DNA of 63,851 bases, the filler included, from Octopus bimaculoides (Eukaryota): NCBI RefSeq assembly GCF_001194135.2. It is 7 parts of 6 records of this genome, joined end to end, with 100 filler letters (N's around TTAATTAATTAA, not from the genome) between each part and the next. Parts side by side here need not be neighbours in the genome. Positions count along the whole stretch, not along the records: positions 1 to 10,432 come from NC_068998.1; positions 10,533 to 20,766 come from NC_069007.1; 5 more parts are not named here. One strand, given 5' to 3'. The notes beneath the pieces were generated by a model. That model saw only the letters and a program-made list of their open reading frames with translations. It was not told where the DNA came from and did no database searches. This document shows, piece after piece, positions 1 through 16,924 of the stretch. Made by a program: the position numbers and the translations under genes. The first letter of the stretch is position 1, and every line of letters starts with the position of its first letter.

Positions 1-34
<34 letters not shown>

Positions 35-1393
35 GAGGAGTAAATGTAAGGATAAGCAATTTAAGCAAGGAACTTCTTAAGAAGAACACACTTTCTGATG
101 ACTTTTCACGTGATTCCAGAAGTGGTTTCGTACTTGACAAAAGGACCTGAAGAGCGCCATTTTTGAAACGAATAATGTGATATGCATGGATATGCATCTT
201 CTAAATCTGCGGAAGAAGATGGCAGCATCCACAGTAGCGTCACATCTTCACATTTTCCAGATGGCTTCTTTTGCAGATCAAGATATTGTATTAATTTTTA
301 ATCCTCTACGATACGTCGAATAATTGGCATTCCTACTGAATTTATTTTACATATGGTCAGACGCTGCTCAAAAGTATCATTAAAATATAACAGCCCATTC
401 GCACCTGTAAGCAAAATTGCCTGGAGATAATTATGGTAGGTATGATTTTATTGGCTAAATATGAATGTGTCACAAGGAATATATTCGGAAAAAATATTAT
501 TCTGAAAATATCAGAGTAATGCCCATATATCAATTTGAGTATATTTTTCAGACAGGGAAAGAAGACTGTCACCTACGGAGAAGTACATCGGAAGCTATAA
601 ATGTTCTAATCGAATTATAAATTCGCACTTATACCTAGAATTATTGAACCTGGCTCTGTCATTAATGACTGAGTAGCAATCCCGAAAAACTTAGAGTATT
701 CAGGTCAAGAAAATGACTATACAATATATGTTTGGAAGTAAATTCAGAGGCGAAATTAAAAAAAAAATATGCAAAATCTCTTCCTAATTTCAGGATATAA
801 CACTTCACGGTTTTGTTGTTCTTATTCCTGTAATGGAATAGTGAGTCATCGTTGGAAACTTTCTTCCTATATAAAAATTCAAATAATAAAGAAAAGATAA
901 TATATGCATATTTAAATACATACTTAAATATGTTATTACACACAAACATACAAGCACACACAAATACACACGTGCACCCGACCAAACGAGGACATTCAAA
1001 CGGTGCCATAAGTTCATTACGAAAATATTGCAGATATTATTAGCACTAAGTTACCTCGATATTTCAGAAAGCTTAAATCCCTGATTGATCATGTGTAATA
1101 TTTTATTTACGTTTTCATAAACAATTTCAGTAAGTTAAACAATAAGGTTTTCATAGTATTTGCATGAGATTCAGGGGCGAAATAAATGAAATGTACAACT
1201 ATTTAAGTCACATGGTGTTTAGTACATCTACCAATAAATGTACACTTGTGTATCAATAAGACGTGTTTACATTCTTCGTATGTGGCTCATAAATATTGTA
1301 GTTTATGCAATGTCGTTTCTTTTAAGGAGACAGTTTTGTTCTTTGCTGAAGCCTACTCGTATCATCTATTTTTGGAAATATTATCAAGTCTTG

Positions 1394-1539
<146 letters not shown>

Positions 1540-2569
1540 GTGTTCAGAGTAATAGAATTGCGGAATATTCCGGATCATGTATTCTCTCAAACTCCGACTT
1601 GTTTAAAAATACAAAAGTTAAGAAAAATCAGATCATATAATATATTTTCTGTTTAAAGAACGCTTTAAATTTCCTGAAATATATTTTGCTCATATTTAAA
1701 TACAAACTGCAATGTATGCAAATATGCAATATATATATATTTAGTACTTAAAATATATCGTAGTTATTTTCTTTATATTTCTCGTCTTATGCATGTTCTG
1801 TCGACTGATGTATTTTCTCTAACATATCATTTTCCTTCCTTCACTTGGTTTCTATGTAATGATTTCTATTATTTCAAATAGATTTATTTTGCAGCACATT
1901 TTCGATATATTCCGAAGGCATAGATTTTCTTTATACGTAACACTATGTATTTTTCTTATCATCAATTGTGCATACATATTGCGGCTTCTTCTTACTTGGT
2001 CGTGATATATGACGAAGCTAACATAAACACAATATTCCACATAATGTAGAAAATAATAGATGAACTTAAATTAAAGACAAAAAGGAATCTTTCCAAAACG
2101 TATGAAGTCAACATAAATAAGCATGTGTTCTAGGCGTTCAAATGTGCAAATATTTGTCGTTCATGAAAATCCAGGTATTTTGCGCTGTGGTTATGCAAAA
2201 TAAAATATTAAATTAACAAGCGTTGGTGCCATTGCCCAAATAATGTGAAGTACATGGAGCAGCATGTGATAGTTAAATGATACAGTGTTTGTATCAAATC
2301 CTTCATTGAAATATACTCAATGATATTAGCTGTAAAAAAATTTGTTCTCATTAAGTGTCCTTATAATGTGTTTTACATTTGTAAAGTATTAAATTACAAT
2401 GCAAAATTTTGCCGTCACCTATATAAAGACATGAATTTCACAAGGTCACATTGACCAGGAAATATGTCCCTTTAGTGATGTAGTTGATGCACATGCATAT
2501 GCTAACGTACATATACATACATACGTACGTATGTCTGTCTGCATGTCAGTATAATTGCCTCTCTGTATG

Positions 2570-3700
2570 ATGAGCGGGTAGATAGAGAGAAAGAAGTGTA
2601 GGGATGTGCTGCACATCTCTTGATAAATAAAGATATACTACCTGAAAAAGAAAATGCTGTGACAGTATGGCTTGTTTATAGGAAGACATTTCAATTTATT
2701 TCTCACTCATTGCTGCTGAAGTATCTGCATCTAACTAGAGTGCCTTCTACGTTAGCTGCTGCCATTTAGTGACTCACAAATGCCTGAGAAAAATCCCTTC
2801 ACTTACAAGTGACAGCGTTTATAGATATTTCAAGGGGGATATTCAAAGCAAGTAGTCTTTCTGTAATGCTGTTCGTTTTGGCATTGAAACCATTATCATT
2901 CCAACTGCAAAAATCAAATGCCTACATTCTAAGTTTTGTAGCTGAAAAACCCATAATTTCTTCGTGGATGACCTGAAGATATTTACTAAAATTGTTATAA
3001 CGATGCTAAAATCAATTTTCACCAATAGCAACATTTTCAGCTGACAAAGGAATGGAATTTGGCTAAACAAAATGTTATTATTTGATTGTGAATCAAGACC
3101 ACAAACCCGAATATTCCATCTTCACTAGCCACGAACCCTCACTAGCCACGCACATTCATTAGCCACGCACCTTCACTAGCCACGCACCTTCACTAGCCAC
3201 TCACCTTCACTTCAGAACATGACACTAGATATTAAAAAAAAGAATATCATATTAGACATTGAGAAACGTTCTCTTACTAGACAATATCCCATATTATATT
3301 TGTAATGCGAGTAATAATTCCAGTATTTTGGATATTTGACTGGATAGTAGAGGAAATTTACTCCATGGAATTTGAAACCAGCAAGATTCTAACACGAGCT
3401 GGAAGCTTCCACATATTTAGTGATATCGACGTGTTCTACCAAAAGGGAAATAAAAGAAGTAGAGGCTGGAAATCAGTGCACGGAGCTTTCGAGTGTCCTA
3501 TAGTCTCTCTCAGATAGCACTTATTAAACAACTACAACAAAAGTAAATACATAAACTTAGTGCTGAAAAGCGAAGATTACAAAATCCTACATGTCGGCAG
3601 CGAGCTTTTCGGAAAGCGTTATCTTCTTGATGACAACCTCTAAATCGCCAAACCAGCCACACTAACATACCTCAAAGAAGATGTTGTTGTGAAACGTTAT
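2570..3700 (+). mobile_element. Non-LTR retrotransposon RT remnant (R4/Dong-like)
   Basis: Broken translations: HLLINKDIL...WLVYRKTFQFISHS; GIFKASSLSVMLFVLAL; THNFFVDDLKIF; SDIDVFY...RSRGWKS. These resemble the WLDYRKAFD, QGDSLS, xxDD and DIDRLY...GGRGL motifs. Confidence 0.8.
3121..3210. repeat. ~17-bp minisatellite, 5 copies (TTCACTAGCCACGCACC)
   Basis: Direct reading; interrupts the LINE RT remnant. Confidence 0.9.
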
Positions 3701-3903
3701 CGCTGCATCCTATCAAACTTTGAAATATATGCATTTGTAATCCACGAACGAGACATGTATTAAATGCCTAATAAACAACAGATACCGTGAAGCCCTTGAT
3801 ACTCCAATATAGAACCGAAAATGATGATTATGTCACAGTTCGGTGGAAGACATCGCATATGTGATTAGCAGCAGCTTGAACATATCAACAACGTACTACC
3901 CCA

Positions 3904-3962
<59 letters not shown>

Positions 3963-5219
3963 ACGTCGCGTTGTAGTAGAAATGATGCACTATACTGTTT
4001 AGATTAATGTATGTTACTGAATATATACACAAATATCAAAACTAGGAAACTGGTAGAACGTTCCCCTCAAAATATCTGTCAAGTGTAAACGTAGTAGGGC
4101 CGGTATTGTTGTTCGAGAAAACACGAGACATTATGTACTGTGGCAGAAGTGAGATGCCTTGCTAGTGTGAATATCTCTTTGGAAATCAAAGAGAATGGGG
4201 ATGACTATGGACGATTGCTCCGAAATCTCCAACGTTTATATTCAAATTTATACGAATAAAATTTGAGGCACTAAGTTTTGTGAGTGGCCAATCGACAGTG
4301 TGTATAACATATGGTGTGCAGTAAAAGAAGCAAATCAACTGTATCACTCGTTACAATCTTTAAGTTTAAGAATAAAAGTATGCATGACATTTAGATGTGA
4401 ATTTCTGTTTAAAACTATGTTTTAGAGTTAGGAAATAGCTTTCGAAACTTTTCTATTCTTAAGGAAGTATTTATGTGGAAGGGTTAGAAAATATTTTACG
4501 TCAATCAGATTAATAAAAGAACATCATCTTATATTTCTGCGTTTATGGTCTGAGTTGGCTGGTATAGTGTGTGAATATAATGATAGATTCTGGTATAATT
4601 GCATTACCAAATAAGAAAGTAAAAGCATTCATTTATTTGTAAGAGTCAGTATTTGATTTCTATTTCTACAAATGAATCTACAGAACAGTTTCAAGAACAG
4701 TCATAGAATGTCCCAGAAATTAAGCCCAGCTTGTATATGCAAGTATTCCATGAACCAAATAAATTTTCTGAGATCCCGAAGGAATTAAACTAGCTTTAAG
4801 GAGAAAAGACTTATCGGACCTTTCACAAAACAATAATAAAAACTTATTATATGGCGAATTCAGAACATTACAGGCAGATATTGTGTGATGACGGCTGACA
4901 AATATAACCAATTTTATTTATTGCCAGCGTGATAGGGTTTCGTTATCGTTTAAAATTGTGTTTCTCCTATAATCATATAGCTACACTGTTTAAATTTCAT
5001 TGACAGTTCAGATATAAATCAGTTAGTGTTTCACTATACTGAACAGATTAACAGGATACTCAGACACATATACGTAAAACACAAGTAATAGACACAAACA
5101 TACACAGACATTTATATATGCATATATATATATATACATATATATACAAACATATATATATAGATATCGATAGGTATATTTATGTGTGTGTATATATATA
5201 ATTACACGCACACACACAT

Positions 5220-5256
<37 letters not shown>

Positions 5257-5265
5257 CATATATAC

Positions 5266-5315
<50 letters not shown>

Positions 5316-7852
5316 NNNNNNNNNNNNNNNNNNNNNNNNNNNNNNNNNNNNNNNNNNNNNNNNNNNNNNNNNNNNNNNNNNNNNNNNNNNNNNNNNNNNN
5401 NNNNNNNNNNNNNNNNNNNNNNNNNNNNNNNNNNNNNNNNNNNNNNNNNNNNNNNNNNNNNNNNNNNNNNNNNNNNNNNNNNNNNNNNNNNNNNNNNNNN
5501 NNNNNNNNNNNNNNNNNNNNNNNNNNNNNNNNNNNNNNNNNNNNNNNNNNNNNNNNNNNNNNNNNNNNNNNNNNNNNNNNNNNNNNNNNNNNNNNNNNNN
5601 NNNNNNNNNNNNNNNNNNNNNNNNNNNNNNNNNNNNNNNNNNNNNNNNNNNNNNNNNNNNNNNNNNNNNNNNNNNNNNNNNNNNNNNNNNNNNNNNNNNN
5701 NNNNNNNNNNNNNNNNNNNNNNNNNNNNNNNNNNNNNNNNNNNNNNNNNNNNNNNNNNNNNNNNNNNNNNNNNNNNNNNNNNNNNNNNNNNNNNNNNNNN
5801 NNNNNNNNNNNNNNNNNATATATATATACATATATATTTATATATATATATATATATGTAAATATATATGTATATATATACATACATATATACACAGACA
5901 CACACGCACACACACATATATATCTATACCATCATAATCATCATTATGTGTTTTGTTTCGCCATGGAATGCATTCACTTTATATATAATAACTAACAAAC
6001 ACTCACTGAAACAAATGCCGTATACATTTTATATTTCCCCTCTTGGAAAATTAAATATCTCTTTAGTTTACTGACTGAATGAGATTAGTTAACAATGAAT
6101 ATACCCATGTGAATAACATTCGACATTCCCATTTTATAGTGGCATATAAACAATTTAGGTAAAGAAGCAATAATATATTCGTGAAAAATCAATAATACAC
6201 AAATGTCATAAGATTGCAAGTTTTTATTAAATCCTATTCATTGAATTTCATTTTAATATGGGGAAATTAATATTTCTTTCACGACGAGACAATTACATTT
6301 TCAATCTAGAGAGATAAAATATACTGGAAGCATCTATATAGTTTTCTACATATTTTTCATGCATAGACCGTTTTTTAATATGTCTCAGCGAGATTAGTTT
6401 GCGTCAACCTATTATTCCAGTATATCAATCTATCAGTATATGAGTCTAATTGTGACAAGTATCTGTTTATTTTCCACTGCATGCAAATACCTGCATATTT
6501 ATACTCACATTTGTATTTGTCCACCTACCTCCACTCCCTCTGTTAAATGACTTATAAAATTCTTGCATACATGACATGTACATATATACGTGCGTATGTG
6601 CGTATGAACATATATATATATATATATATATATANNNNNNNNNNNNNNNNNNNNNNNNNNNNNNNNNNNNNNNNNNNNNNNNNNNNNNNNNNNNNNNNNN
6701 NNNNNNNNNNNNNNNNNNNNNNNNNNNNNNNNNNNNNNNNNNNNNNNNNNNNNNNNNNNNNNNNNNNNNNNNNNNNNNNNNNNNNNNNNNNNNNNNNNNN
6801 NNNNNNNNNNNNNNNNNNNNNNNNNNNNNNNNNNTATATATATTCATATATAGATGCATATATAATGTATGTTATATTCACAGGTTAACTGCAGAAATAT
6901 CCAAGTATATATTTAACAGAACTTCGATATCTTTACACCTGAAACAAAAAGATAGCATTGGACACGAGGCATTCAATAGCCAGGTCATGTTGTCTGTGTT
7001 GAATATTTTAACCTTCCAAAGTGATGATAATATTGAAATCGGTTCTAAGTGTCGAGAGGACAAATTACAATACACTGTTTATGAATATCCACTTTGTTCA
7101 AAAGGAATCTATGAAACCATGAACAGATGGAAAGGTCATTCAATATCGACGAACAAAACATAAAGTTTCAGAAAATTTGAATCGCCAATTGAATTTTTGT
7201 GCCTAATGCCCGAAACAAGCAAAAAGTCTGCCTGATAGAGAAGCCGGCGAAAATCTTTTCTGTCTAGTTAGTAGTCGCATTAAACTTCTCATACATGAAA
7301 GATCGAACACAAGGAAATTTTTCATAAGTATATTTTTAGCGGCATCAGAGGCTTAATTTTAGCATTTGTATCTGAATATATAGTTGATTATACGTGAACC
7401 CCAAACATATTTTTTCGGATAGAAGACATGTAAAGCTACTGTTGATGTGATCCATGATGAAACTTTTCTGCTAAAATTGTAACAAATAGGTAATATTCTG
7501 AGGATGCATAGGTGACAAAAATGGTATGAAATCTAATATAGATTTATATTTGCGATCAGAAAACGGTTCTTATGCAAATTGACTTGAAGGGTAATTTATG
7601 GATATACATATGTGTGTACATATATGCATAAAAATATTTATATATCACATTATTATACATCTACCACTGTGGAATTTACCGATCTTTTTCGTACATGAGA
7701 TATTTGGGGCTACGTAAAATTCCATTACATGTGGGTAGGAGAAATAGAAGCTTAAGGCGATAAACTTTTTTGTCAAGGTAAGTAAATCTCAGAATTAATT
7801 CATGGGTTCTAGAGTCAGTGCCACAGTCATTTTTCAAGGGAGAGCATCCGGG

Positions 7853-7854
<2 letters not shown>

Positions 7855-7909
<55 letters not shown>

Positions 7910-7916
7910 CATTATT

Positions 7917-7983
<67 letters not shown>
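7855..7983. repeat. Compound microsatellite (TTA)n(TTG)n(TTA)n
   Basis: Direct reading. Confidence 0.98.
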
Positions 7984-7985
<2 letters not shown>

Positions 7986-7989
7986 GTGG

Positions 7990-8580
7990 GTGTTAATGTT
8001 AAGAAAAAGAAACAAAATGGGTGTGTCAAAAGAAAAAAGACCCATGATGGAAAAGAAGAAATCAGGTGGGGTTAGATATGTTCTAGGGGCCATTTTTTCT
8101 GTGTTAGACCGGAAATAAAAGGGGGAGCTGAGAAGTGAACAGAAACACAGGGAACTGAATAAGAATTATAGTATTGACAGAAAGCGGCGTTTTGCAAAGA
8201 AAGCAAACATGGTAAGATACGACCAAAGAATAAAGGGTTACCATCAAAATAGGCTATCCAGAGAGATTTTACAACAAATATATGCAGAGTGTACAGATGA
8301 AACGTTGATACCAGATAACATTGAAAGTCAGAGGTCTTAGAGTGACATCTTAGGTAAAGAAAAGGCGGACAAGAAGGATGCTGAATGGTTGCAAGAACTG
8401 AAACAAGCAGTAGTCTGTACACAATAAGCAGAACTAGTCATTTCAGTTAGAGGAGTGAAGGAAATCAGGATAAACGTGGGCATCTAGAAGGCCCCGGGAC
8501 GGGATGGATTTCAAGGCTACCGGATCAAAAGATTTGGTGAATGTCATGCAGGAATAGCTTCACAACTTAACAACTTGTTT
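7990..8580 (+). mobile_element. R4/Dong-like LINE fragment (region upstream of RT)
   Basis: KANMVRYDQRIKGYHQNRL...KKDAEWLQELK...KAPGRDGFQGYRIKRF...H. Confidence 0.75.
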
Positions 8581-8643
8581 AAGAATACTACTACTACTGC
8601 TACTACTACGACTACTACTACTACTACTAATAATAATAATAAC

Positions 8644-8683
<40 letters not shown>

Positions 8684-9050
8684 GACAATCCGAACATGTT
8701 CTTCGCTGCTCTGACCTGTCAGTAACTGAAGACACAGAAGCGTTAACCCAGCAGGACAATTGAAAAAAAACTCTCAAAGACAGGAATATCTCCAATTTCC
8801 TGTGAGTATTTTGAATTTCCCTCAAAATAAGTTAAGAGACTTACATATCTACAGTTTTTAAACACACAAACGATCAGCTTTAAATCTTTTAATATCTACA
8901 AATTCTGTGAATATCTATCTTTTCCCTTCTCCCTGACTATTTGAAATGTAAACATCCTCTTTATTCCAAGTGCACTACAGTTTGTCTCTGCTCGGACAGG
9001 CAAAAGATCATCTCCAGTAAATTTTAAAACCTTAATATCAGTATACATAC

Positions 9051-9099
<49 letters not shown>

Positions 9100-10068
9100 C
9101 TTTAGAGCAGGATGAATTGCCTCTTTTCAAGGCCAATGTCAGCGCTCTCGTTGGTCGCTGGAAGTAGTAAACACATTTGACTTCTGCTGACCCAAAGGGT
9201 GCGAAGATTCTTTTGTCTTCTATTGGTGACCTACTCACCATCTGACGAATCTCTTTATAGTCCTGTAGAATTTGATCTATTCACCAAGCTGCTACTCTCC
9301 TCCAACTATTTCCTTCAACAGCCACATGTTTATGATTACATTAAGTACAAGACAAAAGTCGGAAATAAAAACATTTAATAAAAAACTTTTCAATGATAAA
9401 TGGAAAGAGTAGTAATGATAATAACAATAGTAATGTTGGTGATGGTGATCATGATAATAATAAAAATAATAATAATAATATGCAGCAGCTGCTAATACTA
9501 CAACTACTATTATTCTGATAGCACAGGAATCTAAGCTCCAACTACCGCTGCTACAAATGCCTCCAATGCTGTTGCTGCCACCACTGTTGCTACTATACAT
9601 AGATACAACAATAACGGCAGTAATTGACAACAACTAATACAAGAACATCAACAACACAGCGCAGATCCTCTCAGAACCCGTGGTCAAAGAACATAGCCTA
9701 GCTACCGACAAAAAAAACAACATTAGAAAAAAACAGTTCTCGTGGTTACATAAATAGGGACGATGGCAACGATCTTAGTCCTCATACGCTGAGCCTCTTC
9801 ACCGAAGAAGGTTACACGTGAACAATGGACTCCACAGAAAGTCGTTCTGCATGACAGGAAGTGTAGTTAAATATGTTTTAAATTACAACTTGACATCTCT
9901 GAGGAAGGCCAGATCAAATAATGAAATTTTCTATGCGGCTGTCCATGTGAGCAGCGCTGGAAATTGGTGCCATCCCTGTCCTGCCTAGGTCTGTGTAACC
10001 TCTGAGTCTCTTAATATAACAATGACACATAGTAAAAAATAAAAACAATACTATCAGTGATATCAGTG

Positions 10069-10069
<1 letters not shown>

Positions 10070-10121
<52 letters not shown>

Positions 10122-10143
10122 CATCATCATCATCATAATAATA

Positions 10144-10231
<88 letters not shown>
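10070..10231. repeat. Compound (GAT)n(CAT)n(AAT)n
   Basis: Direct reading. Confidence 0.97.
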
Positions 10232-10232
<1 letters not shown>

Positions 10233-10432
10233 GCACCGGGCTGAATAACAACATGGATGTGCTACACCGGGCTCCCTATACAAAAACATATCTAATCCAA
10301 TAACATCGATGGAATTAGCCAAAAGAACCGGTGGAAGATTTGAAGGAAGATAATTTTTTTAAGAATATTTTTTATTCTTAAAAAATGAAATTTCACTGCA
10401 ATACAAAGCACAGAACCTCCTATGCACGATGT

Positions 10433-10532
10433 NNNNNNNNNNNNNNNNNNNNNNNNNNNNNNNNNNNNNNNNNNNNTTAATTAATTAANNNNNNNNNNNN
10501 NNNNNNNNNNNNNNNNNNNNNNNNNNNNNNNN
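10433..10532. other. Assembly gap marker N44-TTAATTAATTAA-N44 (also at 20811, 38038, 44826, 53239, 61274)
   Basis: Identical 100-bp construct seen six times; the 12-mer is palindromic and puts TAA in all six frames. Confidence 0.95.
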
Positions 10533-10786
10533 GGGGATATTCAGCGTGACACAGTGTGTGACAAGACTGACCCTTTGAATTACAGGCACAACAGAAACAG
10601 GAAGTAAGAGTGAGAGAAAGTTGTGGTGGAAGAGTACAGCAGGGTTCGCCACCATCCCCTGCCGGAGCCTCGTGGAGCTTTTAGGTGTTTTCGCTCAATA
10701 AACACTCACAATGCCCGGTCTGGGAATCGAAACCGCGATCCTATGACCGAGAGTCCGCTGCCCTAACCACTGGGACATTGCGCCTC
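10533..10786 (-). mobile_element. SINE family A copy (3' part in gap)
   Basis: Near-identical to the reverse complement of 28170-28420. Confidence 0.85.
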
Positions 10787-11057
10787 TCTAACATAAATAC
10801 CCTCTATCTAAATGAAATAACGGGCTGTCATAGTCGAGTCAAGGTTAATTAAGATCTAAACCCTAACAACATCAGTGTTTGTAGTCCTAGATGTACTATG
10901 CCGCAGATGGGACGGTCGCACAAGAAACACTTCCTACCATAAGCCTACCTGGATCAGGACTGACCGGGGTTAAACAGCAACTACAGTCGCTAATCCTGAC
11001 TACTATACAATACATTAGACAATGTAGTCCTAGATACACAGTGACTGAATATAAGAT

Positions 11058-11589
11058 GGGTGGTGGTGGTGGTGGTGGTGACAGGCGTGATGATAATGGC
11101 GCGGGTGGGGATGTTGAGGGTGTTGATAACGATGATGATGTTGATGATGATGATCAGGTTGATGACGATGGTGATGATGGTGATCATGACGATGATGACG
11201 GTGATGATGGTGGTGGTGGTGGTGGTGGTGGTGGTGGTGAGAAGACGCGATGATAATGGCGTGGGCGGGCATGTCGAGGGTGTCGTTGACGACGATGAAG
11301 CAGATAACGTCAGCCCGGGTCATTCTTAAACCAGCAGTCTTATAACACCAGCAGCAGTAGCAGTAGTAGTAGTTGTAGTTGTCCTTGTTGTTGTTGCTGT
11401 CGTGGTTGCTTATAGCCTCAAGTCAGCCTTCACAGCGTAAGACCTTTGGCGCGTAGAAAATTGTAGCCGCAGGTCAGGGTTTGATCCTGCAGCCTTGCGG
11501 TACGTAGCTACTACTACTACTACTACTACAAACTACTACTGATAGTATTACTACTACTACTGCTGCTGTTACTGCCACTACTACTACTT

Positions 11590-11642
<53 letters not shown>

Positions 11643-11649
11643 GCTACTG

Positions 11650-11684
<35 letters not shown>

Positions 11685-11770
11685 GCTACTGCTACTGCTA
11701 CTACTACTACTACTGACACTATTATTACTGCTAGCACTGCTGCTGCTACTACTACAACTACTACTACTAG
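11058..11770. repeat. Trinucleotide low-complexity cluster (GGT, GAT, GTA, CTA)
   Basis: Direct reading. Confidence 0.92.
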
Positions 11771-11789
11771 TTCTACAGTAGTACTACAG

Positions 11790-12335
11790 TCTGGGCATAA
11801 TGTGCTCTCTCCACAGTCCTGCGTATTCCCAGGACTCCGACAATTACTGGTACTACTACCACCTTTTTCAGCGACCACAACTGCTTAACCTCCCAAGCTA
11901 ACTTGTCATATCTATCAATTTTTCTTTCTTCCTTATCGCATACCTTGTTGTCAGCCGCGCATGCTATATCTATGATCTAGTATCATTTGCTTTCTTTCTC
12001 AATTAAGACTACGTCTGGTTTCCTATTCTCTATCTCATGGACGCACCAAATCATAAAATCCCATAGGATCTTTGCATTATCATTTTCGACAATCTTTGCA
12101 TTATCATTTTCGGACAATCCTTGCTATATTGTCATGATATCTCTTATATTCATTCTGGGCTAGTGGCGTACATTCACCGTTTTGTCCACAGATTTTGCAC
12201 TTATCACTTTCTGATGTGTTGTCTATTCTGTATTAGATGCAATTGGTTCTTAATGCTTGCTCTTGGGCAGCACAGATTAGAGCCTCCGTTTCTGGTTCTA
12301 AATCACTTTTAGCCATCCATAGCCATCTTTTTTCT
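11790..12335 (-). mobile_element. R4/Dong-like LINE 3' fragment (zinc knuckle plus restriction-like endonuclease)
   Basis: ETEALICAAQEQALRTN...DKCKICG...HDNIARIV; KILWDF...RKPDVVLIE...IIDIAC...KEERKIDRYDKL...VVPVIVGVLG. Confidence 0.85.
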
Positions 12336-12373
12336 CTTATTTATTATTTTCTCTTATTTATTATTTTCTATTA

Positions 12374-12444
<71 letters not shown>

Positions 12445-12882
12445 CACCTATCCCGTTAAATTTTGGGTCGAGAAACAGGATTGCCTTTGGATATTTTTAC
12501 ATAAATAAAATTCAGAAATATGGATCGATGCGCTCTACTATAACACGTATTGCTCGACAATGCTCTAGTATGGACTCTTCCTTCGTTAGTCAAATGCCTA
12601 AAACTAACTAGAACAAGAATCAACTATAAATAAACTGGCCGCCATTCCTTATTCGTGTTCAAGTGTGTGAGTCACCACAGAAAATTATGTTCGGTTCTCA
12701 AGGAAAAGAAAAGAAATTTTGTCTGAAGAAAGATTTCCGCTCGAAGCAATTCATACAAAGAGTTTTATGTTTGTTGGGTGCTGCTAGTTTTATAAAAAAA
12801 TTTATTGCATTTTCATTCTCTATTTTAAACTTGTCAGTTCTCATAAAATGGAGGTTTTTATATATAACAGTTTATGCATACA

Positions 12883-12913
<31 letters not shown>

Positions 12914-13694
12914 GTACACACATATTATATACATAAATATGCATATATATATATATATTTATATGTATTTTACTTTTAATGTTGCATACTTCAGTCATTA
13001 GGTATATCTATACGTATATATATAATATTTGTATATGGGTGTGTATGATGTGTATATGAATTCACACTTCACACTTCCTTACTCTTAACAGTTTGTAGGG
13101 TATATACTCATATCAATCATTCATGTCCACCTACCGTCTGAGCGGTTCAAGACTTCCCCTAACATGGCTGCAATCCTATGACTGAAATAAGTAAAGGATA
13201 AATGATAAAATGATATTACACTTATCTTACTTCGTTCCGCGATATGTCCTTAAGAAAGGAGGTACCCTTGCTTTTAACATAGATTTACCATGTCGTCTTT
13301 TCCAGGATACGAATTATATTGAACACCTCTCTCTGACTAGCAACGCTTGTAAAAATTCTCAAAATGCTCTTATTATTAACACTATTTGAACGGCTTTGGT
13401 TTTATTTGTTAAAGTGCAAATGTCTGCAGCGACTGCTTCTTCAGATATATTCAATATATTAATTTTCTTTACACTTCTTATGATTCTCTTAAACATTGTG
13501 TTACTGTAATCAACATTTTTGTTTAAAACTATTTATGGAGTTATCCAGTGTTCCCTCGCTAGCGCTTAGAAAATCTTTTACTGTTATTCCAGAAGGAAAC
13601 ATTTGAATAACGAGTAAAGAAACGTCTGTAAAAATTTAATCGATAAAAGTGTCCACAAACAAACCTGTCTTACCTACCAAAAAATATACAGATT

Positions 13695-15990
<2,296 letters not shown>

Positions 15991-16924
15991 TGATAATAAT
16001 GTTAGCAATTTCGATGGGAGGAGTTTGATCGATGATATTGATCGTACTGCACGGCTGATATTGTTTTTGTTTTTATTATCGAGTTCAGACGAATGGATGG
16101 CAAACTTGGTCTCGATGCGATTTGCGCTCCAGGCGAGGTCAGCTTGAAAAAAGATGATAGAGCTATATTTATTCGTTTATGCCATAATAGCAGTGGACCT
16201 TAAACACTGCAATTTGTAGTTAATGTCCCTTTTGATTACTAATAATTGTTAAGTTGACAACATTAGAAAAAGAAAAACAAACATGGACAGAAAAGTAATC
16301 CCAGAGGGGCGAACGTTCTAGGGAGAGATAACTAGATGTTATGGTCAGTCGGGTTTCTGGTTGGGTTCGTTTAGGATAGGTTGCGGTGGCGATAAGAAGC
16401 AGGACGAACGATAAGTGAATCGCAAGCGCATCGCTGGACCGTGGTTCGAGAGCAACCAACAGTTTCGAGGCTCAAGGGCCACTGTAATACCGATAAAAAC
16501 AGGGTAAAGCAATGAGTCAGCAGAACTGTAAATTAGATGATGGGGTATGGTGGAGTGTGACGTCAAGTTAATGAATCACGTGATTGTTTATTGAACGGTT
16601 TATTGATCTATTAGACATACTCTGCTAATTAAGTGTTAAATAATTCATTGTAATTATCTTTTGATTTTAATTGCTCAAACGATAAAACAACGCCATATGT
16701 ATGTTTATTAATTAGTCGAACATCAAGTAATTGCGTTTCGCTTCATATTTCATAAAGTAATAGCCTGAGACGATTGATGCCAATCACTTGAGATGTCTGA
16801 GAAGAAGACGAAATTAAAAGAAAAAAACGTGCACACAAACGCGCATACGTACATACACATGCACACACACACACACACACACACACGCACGCACGCACGC
16901 ACACACACAGACGCACGCGTACAC

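Noticed and set aside
31-600. Possible exon-like unique sequence at the window start
   Set aside because: The frames I translated are interrupted by stops and show no recognisable homology or convincing splice pair.
7498-7552. CUGAGGA...GAAAUCU[AAUAU]AGAUU
   Set aside because: No valid helix II base pair and no helix I; consistent with chance in AT-rich DNA.
10891-11253. 120-aa ORF MYYAADGTVAQETLP... with a Gly/Asp-rich tail
   Set aside because: The 3' two-thirds is GGT/GAT microsatellite, the 5' part looks like a repeat tail, and no splice or homology support is visible.
13415-13447. Minus-strand CUGAAGA-A-GCAG[UCG]CUGC-A-GACA, hammerhead-like
   Set aside because: GAAA box is mutated and no helix III or helix I can be formed.
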